DNA from: Alphaproteobacteria bacterium
GTDB taxonomy: Bacteria; Pseudomonadota; Alphaproteobacteria; SMXP01
DNA length: 64,000 bases
Direction of reading: 5' to 3'
NCBI GenBank assembly: GCA_028285305.1
Contig: JANQPV010000004.1
Coordinates: 41,685 to 105,684, forward strand
Under the pieces are notes generated by a model that saw nothing but the letters and a program-made list of their open reading frames with translations, was not told the DNA's origin and did not search any database. A program made the position numbers and the translations under genes. Positions 21,369 to 31,550 of the stretch are shown in pieces (the stretch's first letter is position 1; each line of letters begins with the position of its first letter).

Positions 21369-21509
21369 TCGGTTCGCCCGAGAGAACATGACTCTCTAAC
21401 TTGTGCAAACCAGGCCGGTCGACGCCCGGATGAGATTCTAATGCTTCAGGCACTTCGTTAGAATACGAAGTGTGATTCTACCGTCCAACGACAAGACTGA
21501 AACAGCTAT

Positions 21510-22223
21510 ATGTCCGAACGCCAAATCGCGCTTGACACGGAAACGACCGGTTTCAAACCGGAAGAAGGCCACAGAATCGTGGAAATCGGATGCGTAGAAT
21601 TGGAGAATTTCATTCCCACCGGCGAAGTCTACCATGTCTACACAAACCCACAACGGGACATGCCGACTGAGGCGTTCAATGTTCACGGCCTTTCTACCGA
21701 GTTCCTCGCGTCAAAACCGCTCTTCAATGAAATCGCCGGAGATTTTCTCGAGTTCGTTGGTACATCACCACTCGTAATTCACAATGCGGCCTTCGACATG
21801 GCTTTCCTAAATGCGGAACTCCGCTGGGATAACCGCGAAGAACTACAGAACAAGACGATTGATACATTAAGCATCGCACGCAAGAAGTTCCCAAGCGGAT
21901 CAAATTCCTTGGACGCCCTATGCCGCCGCTTCAATATCGACGCGAGCAGCCGCCACAAACACGGTGCACTTATAGATGCAGAGCTTTTGGCCGAAGTCTA
22001 TTTGGAGCTGATCGGTGGACGCCAGCAAAGTCTGGGTCTATTGGACGAGAAAAAGCGCAGCGCAAAGAGGGCGGAGCAGGCTGTGAAGCAGCGCCGCGAA
22101 CGGCGCAATCTCACACTCATCACAGACGAAGAGCGCCGCGCGCATCTCGACTTCGTCGAAAAAAAGCTTGGGGACAACCCAATCTGGAAACAAATGGGCC
22201 GGGCTGAACTTGACCGGTCATAA
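21510..22223 (+). CDS. dnaQ: DNA polymerase III epsilon subunit
   Basis: LDTETTG, HRIVEIG, HNAAFD, SLDALC, HGALIDA, ELIGGRQ. Confidence 0.97.
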   Translation: MSERQIALDTETTGFKPEEGHRIVEIGCVELENFIPTGEVYHVYTNPQRDMPTEAFNVHGLSTEFLASKPLFNEIAGDFLEFVGTSPLVIHNAAFDMAFLNAELRWDNREELQNKTIDTLSIARKKFPSGSNSLDALCRRFNIDASSRHKHGALIDAELLAEVYLELIGGRQQSLGLLDEKKRSAKRAEQAVKQRRERRNLTLITDEERRAHLDFVEKKLGDNPIWKQMGRAELDRS

Positions 22224-22249
22224 ACGGTAAAGCCGCCGAACACAAAAAT

Positions 22250-22278
22250 GCCGCGTCGCCTGGTTCAGGTGACGCGGC
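22250..22278. terminator. hairpin between convergent dnaQ and the iorB-like gene
   Basis: GCCGCGTCGCCTG-gtt-CAGGTGACGCGGC, preceded by AAAAA (the U-tract for the minus strand). Confidence 0.75.
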
Positions 22279-22307
22279 TAATTTACTCAATTCAAAGTTG
22301 GAACCAA

Positions 22308-24521
22308 CTAAACGTCCCGCAAGTTTTGATCCTTAATCGGAAGATTTCTCACGCGCTTGCCAGTGGCGGCAAAGATCGCGTTCAAAACCGCCGGCGGTGC
22401 GACTGCGATCGTCGGTTCTCCAACCCCGCCCCAGAAGCCACCTGACGGCATCACGATCGTCTCGACAACGGGCATTTCGGAAATCCGCATCGAGTTGAAC
22501 GTGTCGAAGTTCTGCTCCACAGCTTCGCCGTTCTCAAAGCTGACTTCACCGTGAAGCATCGCCGACAGGCCATAAACGAATGAGCCTTCGACTTGTGCTT
22601 CCACCTGTTGCGGATTGACGACGATGCCCGGATCAGTCGCGGCAACGATCCGGTCGATCTTCAAACGGCCGTCTTCGTCCACCGTGACTTCGGCGCAGGC
22701 GGCCGTGTAGGCCGCAAACGAGTAAAATCCGGCAAGCCCTCGGGCCTTCCCGTCATTCGAACCCCACCCGGCCTTATCGGCAACGGCCTGAAGAACTGCG
22801 GCCATTTTCGGGCTGTCCTTTAGATGCGCCAATCGAAATTCAAGTGGGTCCCGACCCGCCGCATGGGCAAACTCGTCCATCGCACATTCCAAATAAATGG
22901 CGTTCTGGTTGGCATTCACTCCGCGCCAAAAACCAGGCCGCACGGGCGGATTGCGCATCGCATGGTCGAACAACATGTTGTCGAACGAATACTTCAGCGC
23001 GTGAATATCGAGCTGGGGACTGAGACCCGAGGCGACCGTGCCTTGGAACGTGGCTAGGTCTGCTCCGTTTTGCAAAAGATCAGGCAACAAAGCCGCCAAG
23101 ATCGATTGACCGGAGACGCGCAAATGAATGCCGGTCAAATTTCCCTCGGCATCGAGAGCTCCTCTCGCAAGGCCCTTCGTCGTGGGATGAAAGAACCCCT
23201 GCCGCATGTCCTCTTCGCGCGTCCACATCAACTTAATGGGTGTACCCGGCATCTGTTTGGCAAGACTGATTGCTTGCGCCACGTAGTCGCCGGCACCGCG
23301 TCGGCCAAAACCACCGCCCAGGTGCACCTTGTAGACTTCGCATTGTTCGATTGGCAGACCGGAGGCCTCTGCCGCCGCCGCGAGGGCGTTCTCACCGTTC
23401 TGCGTCGGACACCAAACCTCGCACTTGTCTTCCGTCCATAAGGCGGTCGCATTCATGGGTTCCATGCAGGCGTGGTTCTGGTGGGGCATACGGTAGGTGG
23501 CTTCAACAACTTGAGCTGCACTGGCAAAGGCTGCCTCAACGTCACCGGCCTGATTGCCCACATAGGCCTCTTTGGCGGTTAGCCCCTCTTCCAAATCAGC
23601 TTCAAAGGCGGCGCTTGAATAGTCGGCATTTCCACCTTCCCATTCGATCGGCAATGCTTCGAGGGCCGTATTGGCCTGCCACCATGTGTCCGCGATGACC
23701 GCAACGGCTGTATCGTCCACCTTGGCGACCATTCGGACACCTGGCATTGACTCCACGGCGGCGGCGTCAAAGCTCTTAAGCTTGCCGTTGCGAACCGGGC
23801 AAGCTTTCACCGACGCATTCAGCATACCATCCAATTGAATGTCCGAACCGAAAACCTGCTTACCGGTAATCTTGTCTGGGGTGTCCAGTCTCAAAACCGG
23901 CTGGCCGGCAACTTTCCAATCTTTTTCGTCTTTGAGTGTGACCTCAAAAGGCGGAGACAATTCCGCAGCGGCCGCTGCAACGGCGCCATAAGTCGTGGTT
24001 TTGCCGCTAGGACCGTGGCTGATGACACTCTTGGCGGCTGAACACTCCTCCACCGGAACACCCCATTCGGTGGCCGCCGCTTCAATCAGCATCATTCGGG
24101 CTGCCGCCCCGCCTTCACGGACATAGTCATGGCTCTCGCGAATACCGCGGCTGCCGCCAGTCGCGAAATCCTTCCACACGCGATCCCGCCTCAAATTCTC
24201 ACCGGGTGTCGGATATTCGGTCACCACCTTATCCCAATCGCACTCAAGTTCTTCTGCAACCAATTGGGCAAGGCCGGTCAGGGTGCCCTGTCCCATTTCC
24301 GAGCGTGCAATTCGGATGGTCACGACATCGTCGCTGGCGATATGCACCCAGGCATTAACTTCAGGAAAAGGTTCTGCATCAGGTGTGGGCCCTTGCTCAA
24401 TTACATCTGCAACAACGTCTTCGACTTGGTCACAGCCAGCTAAGAACGAGATGCTGAGACCCGTACCGGCCGCCCCAATAACAAATCCGCGCCGGGAAAG
24501 TTTAAATTGTTCCGTCATCAA
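22308..24521 (-). CDS. xanthine-oxidase-family molybdopterin subunit (isoquinoline 1-oxidoreductase beta-like), Tat-exported
   Basis: SRRGFV signal, SEMGQG, TGGS, HACMEP, LGGGFGRR, GFWRGV, GGVGEP. Confidence 0.92.
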   Translation of the reverse strand: MMTEQFKLSRRGFVIGAAGTGLSISFLAGCDQVEDVVADVIEQGPTPDAEPFPEVNAWVHIASDDVVTIRIARSEMGQGTLTGLAQLVAEELECDWDKVVTEYPTPGENLRRDRVWKDFATGGSRGIRESHDYVREGGAAARMMLIEAAATEWGVPVEECSAAKSVISHGPSGKTTTYGAVAAAAAELSPPFEVTLKDEKDWKVAGQPVLRLDTPDKITGKQVFGSDIQLDGMLNASVKACPVRNGKLKSFDAAAVESMPGVRMVAKVDDTAVAVIADTWWQANTALEALPIEWEGGNADYSSAAFEADLEEGLTAKEAYVGNQAGDVEAAFASAAQVVEATYRMPHQNHACMEPMNATALWTEDKCEVWCPTQNGENALAAAAEASGLPIEQCEVYKVHLGGGFGRRGAGDYVAQAISLAKQMPGTPIKLMWTREEDMRQGFFHPTTKGLARGALDAEGNLTGIHLRVSGQSILAALLPDLLQNGADLATFQGTVASGLSPQLDIHALKYSFDNMLFDHAMRNPPVRPGFWRGVNANQNAIYLECAMDEFAHAAGRDPLEFRLAHLKDSPKMAAVLQAVADKAGWGSNDGKARGLAGFYSFAAYTAACAEVTVDEDGRLKIDRIVAATDPGIVVNPQQVEAQVEGSFVYGLSAMLHGEVSFENGEAVEQNFDTFNSMRISEMPVVETIVMPSGGFWGGVGEPTIAVAPPAVLNAIFAATGKRVRNLPIKDQNLRDV

Positions 24522-24530
24522 TCCGTCTCC

Positions 24531-24980
24531 CTACGCTTTTGTCTTGGCCAAATGGATACCTTTGCGCACCCGCGCCAGAGTACCGCATCGGCAGATATTC
24601 GTGATTTCCGCATCAATATCTTCATCGGTGGGATTGGGATTGCTGTTAAGCATACCGGCAACCGCCATGATCATGCCGGGCTGACAAAAGCCGCACTGGG
24701 GCACATCGATCTCCTGCCAGGCCTGTTGCACGGGATGACTTCCATCGTCGGACAGACCCTCGATCGTGGTGATTTCTCCCATTTGAGACGCCGCGGAGAC
24801 AGGCACGACACACGACCGGACCGATTGACCGTTCACGTGGACAGTGCAGGCGCCGCATTGCGCAATCCCGCAGCCATATTTGGTTCCGGTCAGTCCGAGC
24901 TGTTCTCTCAGCACCCATAAAAGAGGTGTGTTCTCGTCGACCTCGACATCCACCTCATTGCCATTAACGGTAAGTTTCAC
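24531..24980 (-). CDS. (2Fe-2S)-binding subunit (IorA/CoxS-like)
   Basis: [24 protein letters not shown]. Confidence 0.95.
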   Translation of the reverse strand: MKLTVNGNEVDVEVDENTPLLWVLREQLGLTGTKYGCGIAQCGACTVHVNGQSVRSCVVPVSAASQMGEITTIEGLSDDGSHPVQQAWQEIDVPQCGFCQPGMIMAVAGMLNSNPNPTDEDIDAEITNICRCGTLARVRKGIHLAKTKA

Positions 24981-25256
24981 GCTACCTCTCTCCTCTGCTG
25001 GTCATCTTCGGCCCTCGCAATCTCAGCCGTGTCCTTGGGCTGAATACGAAACTCAGCCGAACGGAGATCCTTAAAGGGGATCTATGACATGTTTTAGGGT
25101 GTTCTGATTGCGTAGCGCAAGTGACCGCCGTTCACTTTTGGAAATATCGTGGACGCGATCCACGGCGAGGCTGCTTGCTCGCCCATGCGGGCTGTGGTTC
25201 AACAAAAAAACCAATCGTCGAACCGCGAGTTTCTGATCAAAGCCCCGGGAGCCAAC

Positions 25257-26411
<1,155 letters not shown>

Positions 26412-26481
26412 GAGCCTTTGAGCACTGCTATCAATCCCATTGAGGTGACACACGAGCAGTGGTCTCGTTGAGAGGCACGAT

Positions 26482-26650
26482 CCCACCTCCCCCTTGAGGG
26501 GAGGTCGAAAACATGATCACATCATGTTTTCGGGTGGGGGCAACTGATAGCTCCCCCTCATCCTGGCCTTCTCCCCCAAGGGGAGAAGGGACGAAAATCG
26601 AGAGATGATGACGAGCCCTCTCCCCTCGGGGAGAGGGTTGGGTGAGGGGG
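26482..26650. repeat. cluster of three REP-like palindromic intergenic repeats
   Basis: CCCACCTCCCCC-TTGA-GGGGAGGT with hairpin CGAAAACATGAT/ATCATGTTTTCG (26482-26540); CCCCCTCATCCTGGCCTTCTCCCCCAAGGGGAGAAGGG (26553-26590); inverted copy CCCTCTCCCCTCGGGGAGAGGGTTGGGTGAGGGGG (26616-26650). Confidence 0.85.
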
Positions 26651-26691
26651 CTCCAAAACCAAAGCCAGCAAATGAGATCGAGCCAATCGCA

Positions 26692-27855
26692 GTGAAGACT
26701 TTGTCGCTTTTTGCCACGGCTATCGTGGTAGTTATCCTCGCCGCCGCCCTCTGGCTCCCCGGCTATCTGGAGCGCGGCCAAAACCAGCTCGCATCCGCAG
26801 GTCCGTTCTCCGTATCCAGCTCGGCGGAAGACTTCCACAACACCCTTTTCATCGCGGACCTCCATTCCGACACGCTGTTGTGGCACCGGGATCCTTTGAA
26901 ATTGGCAAATCGCGGCCACGTGGATGTGCCTCGCCTGAAAGAAGGCAACGTTGCGCTGCAAGTCTTCTCGGCAGTCACCAAGGCGCCCCAAGGCCAGAAC
27001 TACGTCCGCAATGATGCCGACAGCGACATGATCACCTATTTGGTTCTGACACAGCGCTGGCCCCGGCCCACTTGGACCAGCTTGACAGAGCGCGCCCTCT
27101 ACCAAGCCGAACGACTCCACAAGGCAGAGGCCGCCGCTCCGGACAAAATCAAAATCGTTCTGACCACGAAAGATCTGGACGAAGTGGTTGCCGCCCGAGA
27201 CCGGGGCGAGGATCTCTTAGGCGCCATGCTCGCAACCGAAGGCTCCCATGCTCTCGACGGAGAGCTGGCGAACATCGAGCGTCTCTATGATGCCGGCTAT
27301 CGCATCATGGGTCTCCATCATTTCTTTGACAACAAGCTGGGCGGGTCTCTCCACGGGATCAGCCAGGCGGGGCTCACCGACTTTGGACGCCAAGCCGTCG
27401 AGGAAATGCTCCGTCAAGGCATCATCCTCGATCTGGCGCACTCCTCCCAAACGGTGGCCCGCGAAGTTCTTGCCATGACCGACAAGCCGGTGATCGTCTC
27501 CCACACGGGCCTCAAAGGCGCCTGTGATACCCCGCGCAACTTCGAAGACGATCTCATGAAGGACATCGCCGCAGAAGGGGGCCTCGTCGGCATCGGCTAT
27601 TGGGAAGGCGCCATCTGCGATATCTCACCGAGGGGCGTAGCCAAGATGATCAAATATGGTGTTGATCTCGTCGGCGCCGATCACATTGCTCTGGGCTCGG
27701 ACTATGACGGCTCGACGACCGTCAGCTTCGACACCTCAGAGCTGAGCGTTCTCACCGAAGAATTGCTCAAAGCTGGTGTCTCTCAAGACGACATCGCCAA
27801 AATCATGGGCGGGAATATCTTGAAGTTCTTGAGAGAGAATCTACCTAATTCATAG
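26692..27855 (+). CDS. membrane dipeptidase (peptidase M19)
   Basis: DLHSD, GHVDVPRL, TEG, DLAHSS, VSHTG, LGSDYDG; N-terminal anchor; GTG start downstream of the repeats. Confidence 0.92.
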   Translation: MKTLSLFATAIVVVILAAALWLPGYLERGQNQLASAGPFSVSSSAEDFHNTLFIADLHSDTLLWHRDPLKLANRGHVDVPRLKEGNVALQVFSAVTKAPQGQNYVRNDADSDMITYLVLTQRWPRPTWTSLTERALYQAERLHKAEAAAPDKIKIVLTTKDLDEVVAARDRGEDLLGAMLATEGSHALDGELANIERLYDAGYRIMGLHHFFDNKLGGSLHGISQAGLTDFGRQAVEEMLRQGIILDLAHSSQTVAREVLAMTDKPVIVSHTGLKGACDTPRNFEDDLMKDIAAEGGLVGIGYWEGAICDISPRGVAKMIKYGVDLVGADHIALGSDYDGSTTVSFDTSELSVLTEELLKAGVSQDDIAKIMGGNILKFLRENLPNS

Positions 27856-27868
27856 AGCCGCAATCCAT

Positions 27869-28348
27869 ATGACCGACACCAAAGTCCGCCCTGCCATGGC
27901 GGCGGATCAACCCTCTCTCGAACATCTGGCAACCGCCACCGGACTTTTCCAACCCTCTGAAATGTCCGAATTCAGCGCCATGATGGACGCCTTCTTTGCA
28001 GGAGAGACCGAGGGCGACTTTTGGTTTGTGGGCGAACAAGAAGGTAGGATCGTAAGTGCCGGCTACTGCGGACCCGAAGCCTTTGCCGATCGCGTCTACA
28101 ATCTGTACTTCATTGCCGTTGAACCCTCGCTTCAAGGCGGCGGTCACGGTTCGGCTATTCTTCACGCCGTTGAGCAGAAGGTCCGGGCGGAGGACGGCCG
28201 CATCCTCATCATCGAAACGTCCGGACTGGGATCCTTTGAATTGACTCGCCGGTTCTACCGCAAACACAGCTACGATGAAGAAGCCCGCATCCGCGAGTAT
28301 TACGGCCCGGGCGACGACAAGGTGATGTTCTGGAAGAAACTCTCGTAG
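27869..28348 (+). CDS. GNAT family N-acetyltransferase
   Basis: LYFIAV.P..QGGGHG, IETS, FYRKHSY, YYGPGDD. Confidence 0.9.
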   Translation: MTDTKVRPAMAADQPSLEHLATATGLFQPSEMSEFSAMMDAFFAGETEGDFWFVGEQEGRIVSAGYCGPEAFADRVYNLYFIAVEPSLQGGGHGSAILHAVEQKVRAEDGRILIIETSGLGSFELTRRFYRKHSYDEEARIREYYGPGDDKVMFWKKLS

Positions 28349-28389
28349 CGATCCTTATTAAAAGGGGTCAGAGCTCTTTAAACTGATAA

Positions 28390-29172
28390 TCAGCTTATGG
28401 TTTTCAAGTATCCAGACAAAATCTCATTGAACGTCTCGGGCTGTTCGAAATAGGGCGAGTGGCCGGAATTGGGCACGATCTCCATCCGTCCGTTGGCAAA
28501 GGCTGGAACCAATCCCTCCAATGACGCGGGGGGCCAGATGGCGTCATGGGCCCCCGCGATGAGTAAGAACGGACACGCCACCTCAGACAATCGCTCCATG
28601 GGCACCATCGTCTCGGGATCAAAGAGCGATTGCGCCGCAGACGGATCAAAACCCGTATTGAACGCATTCACCTGCTCATAGAGATAGGCTTTGGCTGGAT
28701 TTGTCCGCTCCAATTCGGCCCCAAGCGCGATGGAAGCGGGGCCGCGCTCATCCATTTTGGCAAAGCTGGCAAGGGCTGAATCGATCGCCGGTTGATGCGC
28801 GATTCCGCCCATGGTGCAGCTGAAGACCAGACCGTTCACGCGCTCCGGCGCATCAAGGGCAAGGCGGATGCCCGTCCACCCGCCAAGCGACTGGCAAACG
28901 ACGGTGGCGGTGGACAGACCCGCCGCGTCCATCACGGCTTGGGCGTCCCCCGACAAGGCGGAACTTTCGATGGCCCTATCGGGCGCTGTTGAACGTCCAA
29001 AGGCCCGGTGGTCATAAACGACCACTTTGTGCGTCTTGGCAAAGACCTCCACTTGCTGCCACCAGATGGCGGCGTTGCCGCCGGCCCCGTGAATGAACAG
29101 CAATCCCGGCCTGTCGCCGGCGGTGAACCAATGAACATCCGCGCCCGCGTGATGTGTGATGGGCATGTCCAT
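28390..29172 (-). CDS. alpha/beta fold hydrolase
   Basis: FIHGAGG, DHRAFGRS, CQSLGG, GHSPYFEQP; start 29172 or 29166. Confidence 0.9.
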   Translation of the reverse strand: MDMPITHHAGADVHWFTAGDRPGLLFIHGAGGNAAIWWQQVEVFAKTHKVVVYDHRAFGRSTAPDRAIESSALSGDAQAVMDAAGLSTATVVCQSLGGWTGIRLALDAPERVNGLVFSCTMGGIAHQPAIDSALASFAKMDERGPASIALGAELERTNPAKAYLYEQVNAFNTGFDPSAAQSLFDPETMVPMERLSEVACPFLLIAGAHDAIWPPASLEGLVPAFANGRMEIVPNSGHSPYFEQPETFNEILSGYLKTIS

Positions 29173-29590
29173 ACTCTCCGTTCTTACGATCCGTCTAACG
29201 TTCAAGAGTTTTAGGAAACGTACGCCTCATCGGCAACTGAGCGTGCACGTGGATGGTTGTGATGGTGCGCAGATACTTGGTCGATCATGACCAATATCAG
29301 GTATCGCGCGAAATCGAAGTGGGTCTTTTGCGCGGGCCTGAGTTCGTCGGAAACGACGGGGATCAAGCTATCGTGAATGTGCGCAGAGTTTACTGGGCGA
29401 CGTTTATCGGAAGAAAATCGAAGAGCAATCGGACAGGCCTCAATTGCATATCATAACGTCCTTTATGATATACTATATTTAGCTCATACGGTGCCGCTAA
29501 TTGGATATTTTGCACGAATAACGGCGAGAACCTTGACACTACACGTATTAAGGTAAAGGCTCTCGTTTCCACTATTATGAGGAGAGATAG

Positions 29591-30001
29591 ATGTCTCAGG
29601 ATCTAAATAACTTAATAGCAGAACTCCAAGCTGACGATCAGAAATTTCAGGAATTCGTGAATCATCCTGGATTGTTCTTGCAAGGCAGGGGCATGAATGA
29701 AGAAGACGCATCTACAGCAGCAGCTTTGGCCACGAGAGCTAACAGACTTCTGACATTCACACCAACGACGTTGGCTGAGCTTTCCAATGAATTGGGAAGT
29801 GTGAATTTCGATAATCCAGGCGTCGTGTCGGCATTCACAGACAATTTTACCGATAACTATTCAGATAATGATCACTATACAGATAGTTACACGAATTCAA
29901 ATGGGCGAATGAGCGTTGATGCTTGGACGCGCCGGCTCGTCACCGATAGAGGTCTGGATATCTCAGGCATTCCTGGATCTGGATTCAGCGATCTACCATG
30001 A
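29591..30001 (+). CDS. putative RiPP precursor: NHLP-clan-like leader, tandem (F/Y)-(T/S)-(D/N) core, C-terminal follower
   Basis: RBS GAGGAG. Leader MSQDLNNLIAELQADDQKFQEFVNHPGLFLQGRGMNEED; core FTDN FTDN YSDN DH YTDS YTNS (aa 82-103). Ends 48 nt upstream of a radical SAM/SPASM gene. Confidence 0.8.
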   Translation: MSQDLNNLIAELQADDQKFQEFVNHPGLFLQGRGMNEEDASTAAALATRANRLLTFTPTTLAELSNELGSVNFDNPGVVSAFTDNFTDNYSDNDHYTDSYTNSNGRMSVDAWTRRLVTDRGLDISGIPGSGFSDLP

Positions 30002-30049
30002 AGTCAAAGTCCTAAGCTACCTAGCCGTTCGTTCGCATCTGTTTGGAAA

Positions 30050-31474
30050 ATGCAACTAAATTTTTCATTTAGACAAATTGATAATGGTTATTTTTTAGCC
30101 AACACTATCGGTCAATGGCACTTCTTATCCAGAAAACAATTTGATGACCTAAATCGGCAGTCAGCGGGTCCGAGGCTGTTAGATGAGCTTGAGGAAAGAT
30201 ATCTCGTACTGACTGAGAAAAATAGGAAGGCTTACCTAAAAGAAAAAGCTTTGTGGGATAACAATCCGCACCAAGAACGACATCAAATCGTTATCGTCCA
30301 CCTTACACAGCGGTGCAATCTGACGTGCCAGTATTGCCATTCCGCGGCAATATCTCCCGATGCAAAAGGGAGAGACTTGAGTCCTGAGCTGGCGGAAAGA
30401 GTCTGCAATTTCGTTGCAACCATGCAGAAAGATCAAATCACAATAGCGTTCCAAGGTGGAGAGCCCGCTTTGCAGGTCGATGAAATAGAGCTCATTTGCA
30501 AGACCTTGCTGGAAGATAGGAGGAACAGGTCCAAAGAAATTCGGTTCGGTGTCACTACAAACGGCACGATCCATTCCACCCAGTTCTTACAACTAATTAG
30601 CCGATACCAAATAGCGACGACAGTATCTTTGGATGGTCCGCAGGACATACACGATTCACTCCGAAAAGATTATGATGGGGCGGGATCATTTCAAAGAGCT
30701 CTAAAATTTAAGGAATTGCTTCGCGAGCATGCTCCAGCCTGCGCAAGTGGATCTATAATGGTTCTGACTCGGGATGGAATCAGCAGGGTTCAAGAAATAA
30801 TTGATCAGTATATCGAGTTCGGTCAATCAGTACTGCGGCTGAAAGCAGTCACGAGGTTAGGAAAGGCCAAGTCTACCTGGGATCAAAGCAGCATTACATT
30901 TGAAGAATATTGGGATGCGTATAAAATCGCTCACCAATACATGATTGACCATTACGCAGAGCGAAGAAACATTACGGTAGAGCACAGTGTGCTAACTTTC
31001 TTGCGCAAACTGTTTGAAAAACGAAACGTTGGCGATGTAGATACAAAAAACCCCTGTGGTATTGTGAACGGTATCGTGAGCATTGACGTGGATGGCCGTA
31101 TATATGCCTGCCATGAAACGAAGCGCCAAAAAAAGTTCCTATTGGGAAGCGTGTCCCAAGATGCTGAATCTGTCTTAACCTCGGCGCGGGCTGTAGCAAT
31201 ACGAAGTATGACAGATCTATCAGGCGTCAGCGAGTGTAATCAATGTGCGTACTACTCTTATTGCACTCCGTGCCCTGCACATAACTTCCAAGCTACCGGG
31301 GACCCAACGATTCGTCCTTACGAAAGTTGGGAGTGCAAAAAAACGATCGCCCTCGGTGACTTGGTGCTGAGTAACTTCCAGCAGAATGCCAGCTACTACG
31401 TGGACAGCTGGAAGACGTGGAGAATGAGTCATGATTTTGCGAACCTTCTGTCGACCGACGCGACCAGAATTTAG
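30050..31474 (+). CDS. radical SAM/SPASM peptide maturase (HxsB-like)
   Basis: CNLTCQYC, FQGGEP, TTNG, VSLDGP..IHD..R; SPASM Cys pattern CG..(x)..GRIYAC and CNQCAYYSYCTPC...EC; N-terminal ~70-aa RRE-like segment. Confidence 0.9.
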   Translation: MQLNFSFRQIDNGYFLANTIGQWHFLSRKQFDDLNRQSAGPRLLDELEERYLVLTEKNRKAYLKEKALWDNNPHQERHQIVIVHLTQRCNLTCQYCHSAAISPDAKGRDLSPELAERVCNFVATMQKDQITIAFQGGEPALQVDEIELICKTLLEDRRNRSKEIRFGVTTNGTIHSTQFLQLISRYQIATTVSLDGPQDIHDSLRKDYDGAGSFQRALKFKELLREHAPACASGSIMVLTRDGISRVQEIIDQYIEFGQSVLRLKAVTRLGKAKSTWDQSSITFEEYWDAYKIAHQYMIDHYAERRNITVEHSVLTFLRKLFEKRNVGDVDTKNPCGIVNGIVSIDVDGRIYACHETKRQKKFLLGSVSQDAESVLTSARAVAIRSMTDLSGVSECNQCAYYSYCTPCPAHNFQATGDPTIRPYESWECKKTIALGDLVLSNFQQNASYYVDSWKTWRMSHDFANLLSTDATRI

Positions 31475-31550
31475 CTACGTTCTGGACGCGTAAATCTGGC
31501 AAAATTATTACAGCCAACAGAAGGAACTGAGATGGGGGGTTAAAGAAGCT

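Noticed and set aside
26431-27120. 229-aa minus-strand ORF and the N-terminal extension of the dipeptidase from 26605
   Set aside because: Both are translations running through the REP-like repeats or antisense to the dipeptidase.
29253-29456. 67-aa ORF as a second precursor peptide
   Set aside because: It has no clear RBS, no leader similarity and no aromatic-x-D repeats. It may be a gene remnant, but I cannot support that.
29591-31474. Sactipeptide/ranthipeptide, spliceotide, canonical His-Xaa-Ser system, or anaerobic sulfatase maturase
   Set aside because: The precursor has no Cys, no YG motif and no HxS repeats, and there is no HxsC/HxsD or sulfatase gene nearby.
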